A DNA stretch of 49,677 bases, the filler included, from Sphacelaria rigidula (Eukaryota), in NCBI GenBank assembly GCA_964200075.2. It is 3 parts of 3 records of this genome, joined end to end, with 100 filler letters (N's around TTAATTAATTAA, not from the genome) between each part and the next. Parts side by side here need not be neighbours in the genome. Positions count along the whole stretch, not along the records: positions 33,187 to 49,677 come from CAXNAA020001338.1; 2 more parts are not named here. One strand, 5' to 3'. The notes under the pieces are model-generated. The model saw nothing but the letters and a program-made list of their open reading frames with translations. It did no database searches and was not told the DNA's origin. Positions 47,270 to 49,677 of the stretch are shown here, one piece after another (position 1 is the stretch's first letter; each line of letters opens with the position of its first letter). The position numbers and the translations under genes are program-made.

Positions 47270-47570
47270 CGGATGTTTGTCGAGATACCACGACATTGGA
47301 CGGTACAGTCACCTGGAGATCTTTTTTCTTCTTTGTTTTAGGTCGACCATCTCTTTCTGTGTTTTGCTTTTGTTGATTTTTGTTATTCTTGTTATTGTTA
47401 TTTTTACATTTTAATCTACTATGCCGTTCTGTTCGGCTTTTTTTTCTGTTCCTTCTTTGTTCAGCGAGTGTGTCAGTTTTGCTTTTCTTAGGTACGCCTA
47501 TCATGCGACCACCGCTGGATCCCTGAGGGGTCAGTTAAAGTGCGACAATCAAATCAAACAATCAAAATCA
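47270..47570 (+). mobile_element. LINE 3' UTR/tail fragment
   Basis: T-rich UTR, CAGCGAGTGTGTCAGTTTTGCTT, GCTGGATCCCTGAGGGGTCAGTTAAAGTGCGACAATCAAATC. Confidence 0.75.
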
Positions 47571-48186
47571 AGAAGGATCAAAAACGCCTTCTCTATTACA
47601 AGGTGAGGATTAAGGCATTGCCCTATACTAACTTGTTCTGCAGAGCAACCACGACCTCGGACATCGAAGATGCCCTGATCGACTAGGCAGGGGGGAAACG
47701 ATGCCGTCAAATCTCCTTCCTCACCCTATCGTTGAACGACTCTAACATAAGGCTTCTCATCGTTTTCTTTGTAGATAGGGTACCTATATTTGTAGCTATT
47801 CCACGGGATAGCTTACAAGGGGACGGTGTTCTAGCATCCTCTGTATTGCTTGGAAACTCGGGGGCCTTCCGCAGGTCTGACGGGCTGGTACAAAAACCAC
47901 GTCGGAAGGGTGCAAAGCGATATCGTTTTTAAGCAAGGCGGGAACAAACTCGTTGTATTATCTGCGCCGTAGGCAACTCATCGTAGTTCTGCAAAAACAA
48001 TGGAGGAATTTTCCTTGAACACGGGCAAGCCCCATGTTTTCGTCAAATCCTGACACGACTTACTCTTCTTCAGGTCAAACCGTTGTTCCGTGAGTGTACC
48101 CTACAGGCGCTATTTTGTGGGAAAACGGCATTTCTGGTAGTGTGCGCGAGGGGGCGTACTCATGATATTTCATGCGATAGTGCTGA

Positions 48187-48463
48187 GGTCATTGACCTCG
48201 CATCCCGACAAAGCCGGGACGGAGCACGTCGCGTTTTCGCCGGACCAGGCTCGCAATCAATCACCAAGCGCGAAGCGCCGTGGTGTGTTTGTCGAGTCGC
48301 ATGGAGGGTGAGCTGCGTCCAGCTAAGATTGTTCGGCCCGAAGCCTACTGATGACCTTGCACTTGGACAACAGCCTCCGATGAGTTGCTTTTATTTTCTG
48401 GTATCGTCACTTCCAGAGACAGCCAAGGCTTACACACTGCCTCATGGGTGTCTCACCGTGACC
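48187..48463 (-). repeat. Dispersed repeat family C, inverted partial copy
   Basis: ACAAAGCCGGGACGGAGC...GACCAGGCTCGCA...ACACTGCCTCATGGGTGTCTCACC is the reverse complement of the 33287-34275 unit. Confidence 0.85.
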
Positions 48464-48639
48464 ATCTCGCACGGACACCTAAAATCCCCCGCAATTGGTT
48501 TTTCACGCAGGACTCCGATATTTCGGTTATCCAAACCCAAATTTGTATGGCGTGTAGTAGTTGTCAACAGCTACCAGCAAGTTAAGAAATGTAAGGATAC
48601 TTCGGAGATTTGGTGTGGATACGAATATTTTAATCCTCC

Positions 48640-48826
48640 GGTTTCTCATCCCCAGTAAAAGTTCCATCCCCAATTTGTAAAATCCCGTGTTATATTCCTA
48701 GTACATTGGAATAGTAACCCTGGCGTACTCTCACATAGTTCATGAGTCGAGTTTTGGATGAGATAAAGGGCTCCTAACATTTCTAACCTCAGAAAATATT
48801 TGTGCACCCCTACCGTAGCATCACTC
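48640..48826 (-). mobile_element. MITE family A, partial copy
   Basis: GGCGTACTCTCAC...TTTTGGATGAGATAAAGGGCTCCTAACA...GTGCACCCCTACCGTAGCATCACTC. Confidence 0.75.
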
Positions 48827-49677
48827 TAGTGTGGTCGCAATTGACTTCTGCTGATTTGATACTTCTCGCCACTGCTGCCATTTCTGACCACAACATGCAT
48901 GGAATCATCGTAAAAAAGACACCAGTGAAAAAAGCAAAGATCTTGAAGGCCTCTTCACCATATTTTCAGGCCGACTTGCAGGCTTTCTACTTCCGTGTTC
49001 TATTCTTCGCGGGAATCAAAATTGTACAAGACAGTGGAATACACTGCTATATAAGGCGGACGCATCATGCATAGAGGTGGACGTGGTCTCATTCAGGCGG
49101 TTGGCGGAAACCTCGAGCTTGCCCCTCGTCGTGTCCACGAAACTTGCGGGTGGCAATTTACCTCATTCCAGCTAAATTCAAGAAGTTATACATACGCTTG
49201 TGAAAACACCACCAGCAGTGCAGGAAAGTATGCAAATGAACCCGCGGTGTTCTGGCGTAACGTTGTAGGTGATCCGTCAAAGTCCTACCAGTAATCAACA
49301 GTGGATCCTAGAAAATGGGTTTCATACAAAATATGGGGTTGAAGCGGCATTTCTCTCTTGCAGGGACCTTAGTTCTTTAGTTCTTTGGGTGGCGGTATTT
49401 GGGGCCTTAAGTCTCGCCCGTAGCCGGACCCTGTAGTCATTTCTACTTGTCGCGCGTCGAGTTGGAAAACCGAGTGCCACCCCCTGAAGTCCGAATGGCC
49501 ACCTGCGGCATCGGATCTTCTGAGCTTAGCCACATGTACTCCCTTTCTTCAGTATTATTTATTCCTGTTTTGCTTGTATCGCGTTTTGTGACTTTTGAAT
49601 CTGGGTCTTTTTTTTTTTGCTAGCCTGTGATCACGGAAGGCTTCCGCATCAGATGCCCAGTACGAATGTACCGCGCA

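Overview
Eukaryotic nuclear DNA, intron- and repeat-rich. The exon/intron style and repeat content suggest a brown alga (Ectocarpus/kelp-like); this is inference, not a database result. The window is three contigs joined by two artificial 100-nt N spacers containing TTAATTAATTAA, so adjacency across 16495-16594 and 33087-33186 is not established. Most entries in the ORF track are antisense shadows or exon read-throughs. By manual splicing I reconstructed: (1) a convergent pair of multi-exon genes of unknown function in contig 1, both apparently carrying disablements, one with a Q/H/F-rich 7-aa repeat and a Cys-rich region; (2) a partial but intact 9-exon minus-strand gene (16818-27294) encoding a galactose-binding/F5-8-like domain followed by a pectin-lyase-like right-handed beta-helix, a candidate cell-wall carbohydrate-active enzyme; (3) a minus-strand gene of at least 6 exons (38483-46306, probably longer) encoding IQ motif(s), a PLC-type PH-like domain and a low-complexity tail. 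Mobile DNA comprises a decayed CRE-like RLE non-LTR element, a decayed Ty3/Gypsy with PPT and 3' LTR, a young 1.9-kb non-autonomous LTR element nested in a MITE and carrying an extra primer-site-like 12-mer inside its TSD, RTE-like LINE pieces and tails, a tRNA-headed SINE, at least three MITE families and several tandem or inverted repeats. No CRISPR array, rRNA or intact tRNA gene was seen.
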